Positions 12,530 through 27,200 of a stretch of DNA of 64,000 nt are shown in pieces. Made by a program: the position numbers and the translations under genes. How positions within the stretch are numbered: position 1 is the stretch's first letter; the number at the start of each line of letters is the position of its first letter. Location: positions 74,575 to 138,574 of the forward strand of contig JAQGDQ010000570.1 of the NCBI GenBank assembly GCA_030141605.1, in the 5' to 3' direction. The stretch comes from Tubiluchus corallicola (taxonomy: Eukaryota > Animalia > Priapulida). The notes beneath the pieces were generated by a model, which had not been told where the DNA came from, made no database searches, and worked only from the letters and a program-made list of their open reading frames with translations.

Positions 12530-13372
12530 GCAGTGATCAAGGTGAAAATATTTTGTGCAAAGCTCTTTCAACCCATTCAGAGTAAGCCTGAATAGATAGG
12601 TAATTGCACGAGACGGGGAGGGAGTTAATAATTCTATTTTTTGTTTTCTTGTGCAGATAAATAAAAGACTAAAATAGAAAATTAAATAGAATTTCTCCAC
12701 CAGTTTAAAAAGAAATTAACAGAATATCAACAATTAACAGATTTTATCATTACTACATAACTGTCAATAAAAAAATCTTGAAATAGTATCTCATTTTTCA
12801 ACCAAAACATAAATTGCATAATACTTTGTCAGCAGTAAACTGCAGTTGCAGTAATTATGTTCAACTTAATCGTCGTCATAACAACATCGTACTAACATGT
12901 GTCGTCATTCATGTATTCCTCATCAACATGCTGAATTTCTACCTTTGGCACCTTGTCCTCACTCTACAAGAAAGTGTGTGTGTGTGTGTGTGCGTGTGCA
13001 TGTGTGTAAATATTTTGTAAATATTTGCAAATATTTACACCAGTGATCAGGTGTAAATATTTTGTGTACAATGTTGAAAGCTCTTTCAACCGATTCAGAG
13101 TAAGCCTGAATAGATAGGTAAGAGACAGGGAGGAAGTTACTAATTCTATTTTTTGCTTTCTTGTGTAGACAAATAAAAGATTAAAATAAAAAATTAAATA
13201 AAATCTCTCCACCAGTTTAAAAAGAAATTAACAGAATATTAATATAACAAGTCTCAACTTCCAAACTTATCATTACTACATAATTTTAAATACAAATCTA
13301 GGAATATTTTATCATTACTACATAACTGTCAATAAAAAAATTTTGAAATAGTATCTTTATTTTTGAACCGAA
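12530..13372. repeat. Local direct duplication (about 280-330 bp) in GMDS intron 2
   Basis: About 12530-12805 aligns with about 13042-13372; explains the similar spurious ORFs at 12458 and 12964. Confidence 0.85.
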
Positions 13373-13448
13373 ACAATTATCTAGCGTATTTAGCGTAATA
13401 CCGTAATAAACACAAACAAAGGAAAAATCAATAAACTACAAAATTCAC

Positions 13449-13629
13449 CTTAACGTGGCTCTGTGCGCCTAGATTATAAATCTCGGTCGGTTTTGCTTCG
13501 CTAATTATCTTTACAAGGCACGTACTGTCCGTCAAGTCACCATAGTGCAAAATCATGGACCCTTGTCGATGGGACTTTGGGTCGGCGTAAAGGTGGGAGA
13601 TTCGACCCGTGTTGAACGAGCTAGAGCGC
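13449..13629 (-). CDS. GMDS: GDP-mannose 4,6-dehydratase, exon 2
   Basis: AG|G CGC TCT AGC.. encodes [48 protein letters not shown]|GTGAAT; phases fit exons 1 and 3. Confidence 0.95.
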
Positions 13630-14435
13630 CTATAAAGGACAGCAGAAATATAAAATAAACACTATTAACAAAAGCCTGCTTGAAAAAGTTGTTGCAATTA
13701 TGTCATTACTTAATTATTATTTAATTTGTTTTCTTTTATGGTCTGTTATACAAAATGCAAGTTAGTGGTCTTTATAAGTAAATATTTCTTAAATCAATAT
13801 TTCTATTGGCTTTTGCATTCGATTCTGGTAAGGTAGAATTAATTTTCTCTCAAAAGTTTTATTTTGTTAATAACATTTGCAATTAATGAGACACAATTTT
13901 AACTGCACTGCTTTTGGCCTTTGTGCTTATACTGCTCCAGTACTCGGAACTCAGAAACTAACCCACTGATGCTTGTACAATGTAACAGAAAAAATCTACA
14001 AAATCTGACGTTCGCTGTCGTAGTTAAAACTTGTGTCTAAATATGTTGGACACTACATGTGTTTCGATTGCACAGTTTCGGCTTGTGTTAGAAAACCTTC
14101 AGTTGTCTGGGTTTCCAGAAAAACAGAAATTCTGGTTGTGTCCAAAATCAAGTCTTCCAGATAGAGTAACTACACAAACGATAGTACAGTCAAATCTATT
14201 TACTGCCTCCTTTTGGATTGCAGAAAAAGTTGGCATTACTCGAGTTTGGAATTGTAACGAGATGTATGTATATGCAAATAAAGGCATATAGTTTTGCCAA
14301 AAATTTTGGGCGTTAAGCAAAGGGGGGGGGCGTCATAACGACGTTTCACTGTACTTAACTGCACTGAGTCTACCCCAAACTCACATAGGCCTTCTTAATT
14401 AGTACAAGTTACTAAGAAAATTAATTACACTATTA

Positions 14436-14576
<141 letters not shown>

Positions 14577-15026
14577 TTACAGTGTCAACGTGGCCGGTTC
14601 GCAAGAGGCGGAGCTTCGGAGATTGGGAAAATTTGATTCGCTGTTGGGCCCGACCGTAGAAACGATAACTCAATGGGTAGCGTGAGACCTGATGCTAAGT
14701 TTTTATGCCAAAGGGTATTAAAATCGGATGGACCCCCAGGCTGTATCGAGGGCCGGAATTAGGCAGATTTGCTCATATTGGGCCCCGCACACACGCTCGA
14801 GCGGAAAACACTAGATTGTGATTTTTTTTTCATTTTTATTTATTTTATTTCCACCCAATAGTGAAATATAGTCTGTAATAAAAACACTTATAATAATAAT
14901 TATAAAACACGTTGGCAAAAACATACTCAGCATATATAGTTTATGCCCACGGTAATTTCACTAAGGAAATGCCCTTTTTTGGTTGGGTGCCTGCCCTTTC
15001 AAAAGTCTTTGCGCATCACTGAGAAG

Positions 15027-16574
15027 AAAGTTTATGTCAGACTAGAAGCTTTCAGTCAGTCTCAAAGTTTATGTCAGACTAGAAGCTTTCAGTCAGTCTT
15101 AAAGTTTATGTCAGGCTAGAAGCTTTCAGTCAGTCTCAAAGTTTGTCAGACTAGAAGCTTTCAGTCAGTCTCACAGTTTATGTCAGGCTAGAAGCTTTCA
15201 GTCAGTCTCAAAGTTTATGTCAGACTAGAAGCATTCAGTCAGTGTCAAAGTTTATGTCAGGCTAGAAGCTTTCAGTCAGTATCAAGGTTTATGTCAGGCT
15301 AGAAACTTTCAGTCAGTCTCAAAATTTATGTCAGGCTAGAAGCTTTCAGTTAGTCTCAAAGTTTATGTCAGACTAGAAGCTTTCAGTCAGTCTCAAAGTT
15401 TATGTCAGACTAGAAGCTTTCAATCAGTCTCAAAGTTTATGTCAGGCTAGAAGCTTTCGGGCAGTCTCAAAGTTTATGTCAGGCTAGAAGCATTCAGTCA
15501 GTGTCAAAGTTTATTTCAGAACTAAAAACTTTTGGTCAGTCTCAAAGTTTATGTCAGACTAGAAGCTTTCAGTCAGTCTCAAGGTTTATTTCAGAACTAA
15601 AAACTTTTGGTCAGTCTCAAAGTTTATGTCAGACTAGAAGCTTTTGCTCAGTCTTAAAGTTTATGTCAGGCTAGAAGCTTTCAATCAGTCTCAAAGTTTA
15701 TGTCAGGCTAGAAGCTTTCAGTCAGTCTCAAAGCTTATGTCAAACTAGAAGCTTTCAGTCAGTCTCAAAGTTTATGTCAGACTAGAAGCTTTTGCTCAGT
15801 CTCAATGTTTATGTCAGACTAGAAGCTTTTGCTCAGTCTTAAAGTTTATGTCAGACTAGAAGTTTTCAGTCAGTCTCAATGTTTATGTCAGACTAGAAGC
15901 TTTTGCTCAGTCTTAAAGTTTATGTCAGGCTAGAAGCTTTCAATCAGTCTCAAAGTTTATGTCAGACTAGAAGCTTTCAGTCAGTCTCAAGGTTTATTTC
16001 AGAACTAGAAACTTTTGGTCAGTCTCAAAGTTTATGTCAGGCTAGAAGCTTTCAATCAGTCTCAAAGTTTATGTCAGACTAGAAGCTTTCAGTCAGTCTC
16101 AAAGTTTATGTCAGACTAGAAGCTTTTGCTCAGTCTCAATGTTTATGTCAGACTAGAAGCTTTTGCTCAGTCTTAAAGTTTATGTCAGACTAGAAGCTTT
16201 CAGTCAGTCTCAAAGTTTATGTCAGACTAGAAGCTTTTGCTCAGTCTCAATGTTTATGTCAGACTAGAAGCTTTTGCTCAGTCTCAAAGTTTATGTCAGA
16301 CTAGAAGCTTTCAGTCAGTCTCAACGTTTATAAAAGGCTAGAAGCTTTTGGTCAGTCTCAAAGTTTATTTCAGAACTAGGAACCTTTGGTCAGTTTCAAA
16401 GTTTATTACAGACTATAAACTTTTGTTCAGTCTCAAAGTTTATTACAGGGTAGAAACCATTGGTCAGTCTCAAAGTTTATTGCAGGGTAGAAGCTTTCGG
16501 TCAGTCTCGAAGTTTATTTCAAAACTAGAAACTTTTGGTCAGTTTCAAAGTTTATTTCAGACTAGAAGCTTTTG
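15027..16574 (+). repeat. 37-bp tandem minisatellite, about 42 copies
   Basis: Unit aaagtttatgtcagactagaagctttcagtcagtctc; head-to-tail with no spacers. Confidence 0.95.
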
Positions 16575-16639
16575 ATTTCAACCTTCGTCAGCTAGAAAGT
16601 GTGTCACCTTAAAAGCGAAATTTTATAATTTGAAAAAAA

Positions 16640-16864
16640 ATTGACACTGACCAAAAGCTTCTAGTCTAAAATAGACTTTGAGCATGACCAAAAGCTTCTA
16701 GTCTGAAACAAACTCTGACACTGAGCAAAAGCTTCTAGTCTTAAATAAACTTTGAGACTAACTGAAAGGTTCTAGTTTGACATAACTTTGAGACTGACTG
16801 AAAGCTTCTAGTCTTAAGCAAACTTTGTAACTGAACGCGTAGTCTGAAACAAACTTTGAGACTG
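16640..16864 (-). repeat. Inverted arm of the 37-bp minisatellite, about 6 copies
   Basis: aaactttgagactgactgaaagcttctagtc is the reverse complement of the forward unit. Confidence 0.9.
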
Positions 16865-16986
16865 TATGGAGCAATTTTGTGGACTTCTGTGAAATAGCAA
16901 GACTCAAGACAGACACTCAGTCACACAAACAACACATGATAGTATTATAAAGAGTAAAATTGTAGGTCTAATACGAAAACAGGTTA

Positions 16987-17376
16987 CAGGGCCTATTTCA
17001 GCCTAAGCGAGGCCCGGGGAAGTGGGGCGTGTGAGGCCCCCTCGGGGTCGCCACCACGGTTGGCGCCCAGAAAATTTTTGAACTGCTAGAACGCCAGAGA
17101 AGCATTTTCGAAGAGAAAATATGGAGTTATACAGTTGTTAAAGGAAAGAACAATTGAAAGAAAAACTGCTTTATTCTCAAGACCAGTCAATACTTATCAA
17201 ATCGTCAAATCAAAAACAACATCTTTGCAATATGTAATACCATACTCTCACTCTCAAGAGAGAGAGGGGGAGAGAGGAGGCAGTATGTTCGCATAAAGCA
17301 AAAAAATGTTACCTCTGCACGAAGCCCCCTCTGGAGGGTGAGTCCCCATATCCCCCCCCCCCTGAAATAGGGCCTG
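16987..17376. mobile_element. hAT-type MITE, family A copy 2 (internally deleted)
   Basis: Same TIRs and body as 190-712; no clean TSD. Confidence 0.85.
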
Positions 17377-18236
17377 GTTATACACAAACATGCTTTGAAC
17401 TTCAAAAAAAAAATCAATGCGATTTTTAAGATATCACTCTTAAATGTAATTTTTTTATTCTTGGAAGCAGACATATTATTACTGCGAGGGTTAATTTATG
17501 TTTAAAAATAGTTAATGATTTGCACTTACATAATGTGAACATAGACATGCCCACAAGGACGAGCACAAAATACTGAATATCGTAAAAAAGTAAAATGTAT
17601 CACAAATTACAGCATACGTAGAAGTTATTATAGTATTAACACCTAAGAGTTAATTTGATGTAAATCAGTGGTAAATCGTAGATAAAACTTATTAGTATAC
17701 AGTTAAACGTCATTATAATGCCTAATGCCCAAATTTTCAACAAAACAAATGCCTATATTTCCATAGATATGCATGAATTAATGCACCTTGTTACAGTGCC
17801 AAACCTTACAGTCCCAAAGTAGGCAGTATAAAGACATTTGACTGTATGTGCATAGTTGGATTTCTGTAATGTACTTCAAAAAATCTATGGTTTATAGCTA
17901 TAATATACTATAGCTTTCATCTTTCAGATAAGAAGGACTATATAATTTTATACGAATTATAGTATATGTCAGACAACAATTATAAAACACCCGTCAATTG
18001 TGTATATCTCTGATCTCACTACAATTTTCAGGTAGTTATAGTAACAAATGTGTACGGAATATCACACAATACCAGACATTAACTGGAAGACTGTAAAGAT
18101 AGCACAATGAACTTAGCAGCTGTGCAAAGTTTGAGTCACAAAAAGTGAGGCAAATTGAATATACCTCTATTATAAATACTTAACAATTATAATACAAAAA
18201 CTGAATAAGTTAAGTAAGAAAATATTATAAGCACCA

Positions 18237-21200
18237 TCAATCATTGAGCTGACAAAGCAAGGCTGCTCCCTTTGATATCCAATAATCCTGTGGCTGCATG
18301 CTGGGCAGATGAACAGGCACAACAAAGTTCGTGGAATGACCAGTTGTGGACAATACGCCTGCTCTGGCACCAGTTTTGTATAAGGGAGCGGTGTACAGAT
18401 TCTCTCCAAGTTCGTAATTCATTTTTGGCTCCATGTGCATAGCTGGCAGCGGAGACGTCATCTCCCCAAAGAGGGAATCTTCAACAACCATGTCTTCCAT
18501 GTTCCACCTGAAGGCATCCATGAAGATGCCATGCACAATGACGCCATCTTCGATGCATGGTAGTTCTTCATCTATAGCCAGCTTTCTGCCAAATCTCATC
18601 TTGTCCCTGACAGCAAAGTATTCTGCTTGATGTCTGTACAAAGGAAGAACATGAAACTCAAAACTTAACTGATCTATTGGAAGCCCGTATTTCCTAGCAT
18701 GATTTTGTAATGTACCGGTGAGAAAGCCTTGTGGAAAGAACAAACCTGACATCCAATATGAAAATGGGTGGCCATGGTGTATCCAATCATCAATAAACGC
18801 AGTCCGCATAACCAAATCAGTCACCCAGCTTCCGAGCGGTTTTAAAGATGGATAAGCAGCACTTTCCCAAAGTTCTGGCACTCGGTTGTTTAAAAATGCA
18901 TTATAAACATTTTCCAGTTCTTCACTCATTACAACAAATCCCTTTATTGCTTTTTGAAGAGTTTGGAGGGAGTCTTTTATTATTCTTAAAAGGTTATTAA
19001 ACCTATCTACTTCCTGAGAGAGGACAGTAGTGAGTGAATTTATTCTACCATTGGCATCAAGTTCAAATAAAGCTTCGGGTGCTTCTTCTATGTCAAGCTT
19101 TTCTGTTAGCTTATCTAGAATGTTAACAGAAAGGTCGTGAACTGTGTCATCATTTGATTCCCCTGTTCCACCACCCACCAACCTTGGCTGTACGTTCATC
19201 AGTGTAGTAATCAGTTTGTTTGTTTCTTCTATTTGGTAGGAAATATTTGCATTGTAATTCATACCAAAGATTTCAGGATCATCCGCAATTGGCAGATCAT
19301 TTATGTAATCTCTGTATTCCTGCAATGACATGTATTCTGGTGCATAATACATGCCTGACTCAGAATATTTGTAATCTGTTTCCAAGGTTTCAGGTGCAAA
19401 AAAGCGCTTTAAAACTGTCCGTAAGCATCTCTCATCCCAATAATCCGTTACACGGCCACCGTACGTGATCTGCCCTGTTATATAAATTAATGCTTCCCAT
19501 GGTATTGCACTTTCAGCACAGAAGATTTTCAAATTTTCTATAGCACATTCTCGGTCACTGTCGCTGAAGTCGTACTGAATATTCCAGCCAAGCGGTCCAA
19601 ATTTTTTCCTTTCTTGTACAATAGCATGAAAAAAGCAGATACCAAAAATGATTTTTTTCCAGTCCATTCCCAGATGATGCTCCTCAAAGGCTTCTGGTGT
19701 TAATTCACCAAATGCTCTTCTGATGTTTGCACGAAGTCCTTTAGGTGGTTCATTGGTTACCTTAACGCTGTTCTGCAAAACACTCACAGGAAATGATTTA
19801 ACTGGCATCGAGCTGAGAAAAAGACGAAAGTTTTTGTTAATCTCTGCATCTTTTGTTGAAAATGACTTTATTAATGTTTCCATAGTCAGCATCCACGATG
19901 CTGCTAGATGACAATTTTGCAAAAACACCCACTCTCCTGTTTCCAAGGCACTTGCTATTAGCTTTTCGGCAACAGGTCCTTGGCCTTGGCCAAGGGAGAT
20001 AGTTTGCACCTTGTCGGCATAATTTTTTTCTCTGGCAAATCGCATAAATGCTCCCATTGGATCTGAGCCGGTGCTAAGAATAAAGACCAAAGGAATTTTG
20101 TAACTAATATCCTCATACAAAAGCTGAAGCTCCACGGGAGGGCTTTCAACAAATGTTTGACTAAGATTTCTTCGTACAAAATCTGTAACAGCAAAAAGAA
20201 CCTTCTCTTCTCGGAATGCTTTGACAAACATAAGTTTTTGAAAGTCACTAAGCCTGCCATTCCAGTAACCATCATCACAATTTTTCGACAGATCAGGTTT
20301 GTAGGTTGGCCATTCGGTTGGATTTATGGACACCTTTGTTTCACCAATTGTGACATAACAATTACATTTAGTGACAACATCGGTTAAACTGGCAAAAGCT
20401 GGTATGGTGTCTGCTAGATCACAACACATATTCCACATTGCCTGAGACAACCATGGTAAATCTTCTTTCTCTCTTCGCTCCTTATCAATGCCAGCCGGAC
20501 CTCGGACAAAGAAATTCCACTCTGACTGCTTTATGACATCATCTTGTCTCATAATTGAAGTACACAACATAAAGGAGAACAATAATTTATGTCTTTCAAA
20601 AAGACCCCTGGAAACATTTGTATATACAGTAAGAAGTGACTGATCCAGAAGTGTCTGCAACCGTGTTTGCAGATTTTCGCTCTTCTCACTGTTTTCTATG
20701 CACATGCTGAATAGCTGCTTAAAATACTTCAGAGAATACTGGTACATTGGATCAATTTCAGCTAGGTCGACTATAACAAAATACAGGACACTTCCTCGGG
20801 CAGCAACTGATCGATACTTTTCACGAGCTTTGGTTATTTTCTCCTCAGTAGTTACAGCATTTTTCAGTTCTCTCGCAATAACTCCTGAAGTAACTTTGGA
20901 ATCATTAAGAGCATTCACTAATTCCTCATCATCCAGCACATTTCCTTCTGAATTATATAGCATGTGCAAAATTTTGTCTTCAATGTTTTTAAGCTGATTT
21001 TTGTTGTTATTAATTTCAACAATTAACTTATTTCGCTCTGTTTCTAAATCTGGTCTTTCTAAACTAACAACATCGCTTAGTAGTTGGTCTTCAAGTCCAG
21101 ACAGAGTCACGGTGAAATTGATAATTGTTACTTTTATGCATATCTCAGGCAAATAATGTGGATTTGCTAGCTTTGTGGTCAAATACAAACGAAAGTTCGG

Positions 21201-24200
21201 GTCATAATCAACAACACTTTCACCAAGCCGGATGACAGGCCTTCCACCTTCTATGAATGTTTGCTTCAACAGCACTGGTTTCAAAGCTGGATCCAGAGAC
21301 TCTTGCACTTCTTCGATCAGAATTGGCATACCAATTCGAATGCAATTTTCTACAGTTCGCATGAAATTGCTGTCTGTTTGTTTAACTATCTGTAGGTTGT
21401 TCTTTGCCTCCATTTGCATAATCCAGTGATTTGCTTGATCCTGAGGATCGATCAAAAGGGGCCAGCGATTACTATTTGTTGCCAATAAAGCATTCTCTGT
21501 CGAAAAATCATCTCTAGGTAACCCATCAATGTTCCATTGTCGTATTTTATAAGGATCACCCAAAATTTTTATCAAATTGAAATCACTAGAAATTGGAATC
21601 TGTAGTTGTTTACACTTGGCTACCCAAGGACCTACCAATTGGTCTCTATACTGACTCGTAAAGGCACCATAATAAGCAACACAAGCAGCTGCAACAAAAA
21701 CATTACCAACTATATTATTTAAATCATCTTCAAATGATAAGGCAGAGATTTTCCACCTTTCTTCCTCATCTGCTAACGCTGTTGTCAAAACGGACGCTCT
21801 CTTAAGTCTGTTGGAAGTTTGTTGAATGTTTCCTTGTAGTTCACTTTTCTCTCGCACAGTATCTTCATACTTTTGTTGGAGTGATTTTATATTATCTTCA
21901 ACCTTATGAAGTTTATCTTGCTGTTCTTTAAGAACTGCATTTGTTGCATCAAGCTCTTTTTGCGCTATTGCTAACTTTTTTCTTTTTGGTTCCACTACTT
22001 TTACAACTTTTGCGTAAAGGTCAATAGCAATTATCCACATGCAAAGTGACTTGCAAGCTTTTGAAGTTTTTTCTACAACTTCAGGAACAAACTTAGGATT
22101 CTCAATATATTTTTTCAGTTTTTTCAAAGTAGAATCGGGAATACTATCTTTATCGTAATCAACAAGCCTCTTTAAAAAACCTGCATCACTCAGAAGTTTT
22201 TTTGACATTTCCCAATCTGGTTTTGCACCTAAAAGAATGCAAACAGCCTCCATTACGGTTAACACCATTTCAGGAGGTTTACTGAAAACTTTTACTTCAG
22301 AAATGTCATTTTTGTCTAATGCATCTAAAGCTTTTACTGAGGCTTCCAATGCAGGAAGGGCTTCATCAAGGTCTCTTTGCGCATCAGCCGCAATTGCAGC
22401 TGTTTCATCAGCTTTCATTGTTGCTTTAGCTTCATCTACCATGACAACTTTTCTGACTTTATCTGCCTTTTGCTTATCAACGGACAGCTCTTTCATCAGC
22501 TTCGTAACTTCTTCCGACTTTCTCTTTAATACGGGTTCAAGGGCTACTAATTCGACTTCCATTTTACCAATAAGCTCATTTGTTTCAAGCAATTTTGACA
22601 ATCCATTTTTTACTCGGTCACGTGCAGAGATTATTTCCTCCTTCTTTTTTTTGTACATACAGATGTACAAATTTATTAATTCTAAGTAGCTCGTAGGTGT
22701 TGTATAATAACGACGTCTCAATTCAGCATAAAACTTCTCTGTCAATTCTGTAACCGACAAGTGGATTTCACTACACATTGCCGAAATTTTGTTTTTGACA
22801 GTGTCGTCACCTAAATCTACCTGTTCGAACAAGGCTTCAGACACTGACAGCAAGGCGTCTTGTGGCCATTCAGTAAACCAATCAATTGTGCAGCAATTAA
22901 TGAGTGAAGGAAACATGCGACATCGATTTCTGAAGCTATTTCCAACTGGTGACATACAAAGAACAATATGAAGATTATTTCTTACTCGGTTAATGAAAAA
23001 CTGGAAAATCCCATCTCTGTCATTATCAACAACACCTGCTGCTTCTGCAGGATCACGGCATTTAATCATTATCTGCTCATAATCTTCAGGTTCAAATAAA
23101 TTTGGAACTTCACCTGAATTCAGCATGTTATTTATGTCTTCTAGAAACTCTTCGACCACAATTTGGGTGTCACTGAAGAGAAACACTGTGCTCTTGTTTT
23201 CTAACCCTGCAGCAAAATAAAGAGCTTTCAAATCCTCACGAAATGCAGTGTAGTCATACCCACGACACAGTTCAATTTGGAAGCAGTCGCACCCACAAAA
23301 GTGACTTGCCAGTTTAGTTACAGATTGTTTTCCAGTGCCACCAACTCCCACTAAAAGGGCATTACCTCTTTCTTGTCGAATCACTCTTGCTATACGAGAA
23401 ATATGTTCTACTGCATCTAAGAAGAAAACCAGTTTCAGCTCCTTGGAAGACTCCATGTTATAGTCATCAAGGTACTTGTCAAGAGCCTTTTTCACTTTAT
23501 CCATATCTAATAAGTCTTCGTAGAGTCTGTCAGCTTTCTCTACCTCTGTTTTAACAAAGTCTCCAAATATAATTGGTGATGCAGTGAAGCTTACTGGGTC
23601 AATATGTTCATGAAACTGCCGGTAAGAAACCTCAGCTAAAATATTATGGAAATATAATTTGTCCTCTTGATTTATAAGTCTGTCATGAAAGACTCTTAAT
23701 GCTTCATGGTGAAATAACCTTAAAAGTTGTTGCTGAGATTTAACAACTATTGGTGAAACCTGTAGCATGCCCTGTATGCACTTAGAAAGATCTCGCAAGT
23801 TGAAAACGTAGTGTGACTTTGCTGGCGTGGGTAAGAGATCAGTTGACATGCGATTGTATATCTCAACTGCTGACTTTACTACATATTCTGCACTCTGCTT
23901 CACAGCATGGTTGTAATCTGCTAGGAAGCCTGTGATAATACAAGAAAATATATGCTTGAGACTACTTTCATCAGGTGACGGAATACAAAACATGCTGAAG
24001 AAGCGAATCAATCTTAGAGTAACTGGATTACGACCACCCCCGGGAGGTGCGCAAGCTGCACAGAGGGTCACATTGTGAATTTCCTTCCAAAATAACTGGT
24101 CTCTGTCATAGAATCCTCCAAAACCTAGATATTGTCTCAGCAGTTCTATTGGTGGCTGGCAGCCATATGTATCTAATTTGGGCATATTTAAATCATCGAC

Positions 24201-27200
24201 AAATATAACCATTCGCTTGTCAGATGGTGGACCTAAAACATTTTTCTTGTGCTTCTCCAGCTTTCCTTCGATCATGCTTTGCATGCGATTACTGCTGGTT
24301 TGAGCTGAAAAGTTTATAAACATCGACAGGTATTTTCCTCTTTTAGTTGCTTTATTCAACAAACTGCTTGCAATCACGGATTTTCCAACACCTGTTGTCC
24401 CAGTAAATAAAACAGGCTTATGCACAGTGACTAATTTTTCCATAAGAAAGCTAAACTTAACGGAATATACAGTAGGAACAAGCATATCGAAAAATGGCAA
24501 AGTTTTGCTATAATTAAAGCGAGGTACAACGCGATCCCATAATTCAAATTGCTGAGTCTCATAATCAACGTAATATTTCCATAATTCCTCACCTGAAGGG
24601 ATTCTGGCGTCTTTATCCTCAAACTGTTCATGAACAAACGCATTAAATTCTTCACCGGAACACTCGCTCAAGTTACCACCAATAGCCCAGAAGTAGCAAA
24701 AGACAAAAGTCATATATATAAGACCATTCAACTGAATTCCAGCCATGTCCAAATTAGGACCATCTTCAGCCGTTAGCAAAGATTCTAGAAGGTAGCAAAG
24801 AGTAGCCACTTTACCTAAATCAACCTGCTCCATTGCCTGCACACATTTTTTCTTAACAAATCTTAGTCCGTCGTCTACATATCTATGAAAAAGCTCCAAA
24901 ATATAATCGGTCAATTCAGGTCTAATTCCCTTAGCATCAAGACGGGGTATCCATGTTTCCACATAAGGCTTCCATCCCAGTTCTTCTGGGTCCACATAAA
25001 CCATGCCACATCTACTAACAGTAGCTGGAGACGCAACTGCTAAATCTTGTACTTCAAATAGCATATGAATATTAGGTGGAAGCTTTATTCTTTCACTATT
25101 TGCTAGGCAAAGCATCTTATTATCATCAAGCACAGTATTCATGTTCTCAATCCACAATGCATCTACTGGTCCATCACACACTACCCACTTATGTTCATCC
25201 TTAAGATCTTGACAAGCAGCTCTTACAATCTGGGCAAGTATACCATCCCTCCACTCGAGCGTCAGTTTATTAACTTCACCATATAATTCTCCCAGCGTTA
25301 CAGATTTAGGATTAAGTACATAGGTTGAGACAGGTCGGTAGTCAGGGTGTTCGATTTTTGCTTCGTAAAGATCAGTGAGTGTGTCCTTTAGTATTTCATA
25401 ACAAGTAGTCTTACCACCACAAGTCGGTCCCACCAGCATGACTCCATGTCGAACTTGCATTGTTTCAAATAATTGAATTATCTTTTTCACACTCGTTGGC
25501 ACAGCCTTCAAATCATGCCTTATCATTGATTCAATAATAAACTTCTCAAAACTTCCATAATCATGTTCTGGCAGTACAACACCAGGAAACAGATCTTGCA
25601 ATATGGCTTGAAATAATTCCACATCGTGAGAAAGAAACTTTGGGAGGTTACTATCTCTCAAAGCTCTTATCAAAACCACGTCTTCACTTTTGTCCGGATT
25701 TTCTCGCTTTAAAGATCCCGCCATGACCAAAACAGATTTTACTGCTCTCATGCCAAAATCATAATGATCCTGCTGGGAAAGTTGCTCACTACAAAGTTTA
25801 TACATCTGAGTCATCTTCTTTGCGAGGGATTTGGAAGACTCAAAACCTTCAGAATACAAAATTACTTCGGCAATCAAGCTGTAATCTGGCACCATCATTG
25901 CTTGAGGTCTGAACAGAGACTTCAAATTATCAGGTAACTCTGTTCGACCTGCATATCCAGGATTCATTGTTATAAAAGCAGCGCACGATGGAACAAGTTT
26001 GATGTCTCTACCTTCAAATGCAAACGTTTTAAGGTTGGCAACTTTAGCATTACGAATTGTGAGAAGCTGTTGTGCAATAACTGACAACACTTCAATATCA
26101 ATCCTGTTAAATTCATCAAAACAAAACCACGCACCACTCTGAGCCAAACCCGCAAAAAACCGAGCCATTATTTTATAATCCAGTCCTTCTGAGCAGTTGA
26201 AAACAACACACTGTTTTGCAAGTGATTTGGCTAAATCTTTGACAGTCTCTGTTTTTCCTGTACCTGCTGGACCTGCTGGTGCTCCACCAAGCTTCAACTG
26301 CAAGGCTCCCATTAAGCATAAATAACAACGATCGGTCAGTGGTGTGATTACCAGTCTAGAAGAAGCACCAAGGTACTCATAACCGTAAACATAAGAAGAG
26401 TTTGACATACAAACTAAGCAATTGTCTATTTCCAGATTCCAATAATATCTCAACTGTTTTTGCCACTCAAAATGATGTATTTCATCTACTTCTGCCTCAA
26501 TCATTCCTGTTACAATATCTCTTGAATGAACATCAACAGTAATAAGGGCACAAATAGTACTGCGCTCGAGTTTGCTCAGATCGCCACGCACTAAACTAGC
26601 TAGCTCATTTAGATCACAAAAACATTTTTCTAGAAACATTTCAAGTAGCCCATATCTATCATCATCGGCATTTAAACATTGTTCTAGAGTTCTACACCAA
26701 ATTATTTGTGAAGCAGTAAGAACAACCTGTGATGGATGACTGATTACCCAGTTTGTACGTGACTCCTCAGAAAACTCTGCAATGGCCAACTTTGTTGCTT
26801 TATGCAAAGTTGACACCATAGCCTCTTCAACCTTTCCAAGCCATTCTTCGACATTGCCTCTGGCTTTAAGTCCTTTCTGCAGCACCACATGTTCACCTTC
26901 AGGTGAATTCATTGCAAGAATTTCATTCGTAGGTTTATCGTCTTGTGTTCCAAACTGAAGATATGCAATAGCATCGAAGCATTTTCTGAGATGAGGCTGC
27001 ACGGCCTGAGGATTTCGAGTTTGGGACAAAATTTCCAACAACTCATCATTAGACAGGAAATAGAATCGCGGAAAAATAACTCTCTTTGATTCCAAATAGT
27101 CTTCCAAGCATTTTTGAACTTGCTCCAGGAGAGCATTATTTGTCTGCAGCGTTTCTAGTAAACCAGGCTGTGTAGCCGCCCTGATTGCTAAAGGTATTTT

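Larger units (their letters stand above)
14935..16954 (-). mobile_element. Possible non-autonomous Helitron-like element enclosing the 37-bp satellite
   Basis: Minus strand starts TCTTTATAATA followed by a GTTT/GTCT microsatellite-like tract and ends ccgtgggcataaaCTAT (degenerate hairpin plus CTRR-like end). Termini are imperfect. Confidence 0.4.

Noticed and set aside
15027-16864. CRISPR-like array (37-bp partly palindromic repeats)
   Set aside because: Units are contiguous with no unique spacers, there are no cas genes, and the context is eukaryotic; it is a minisatellite.
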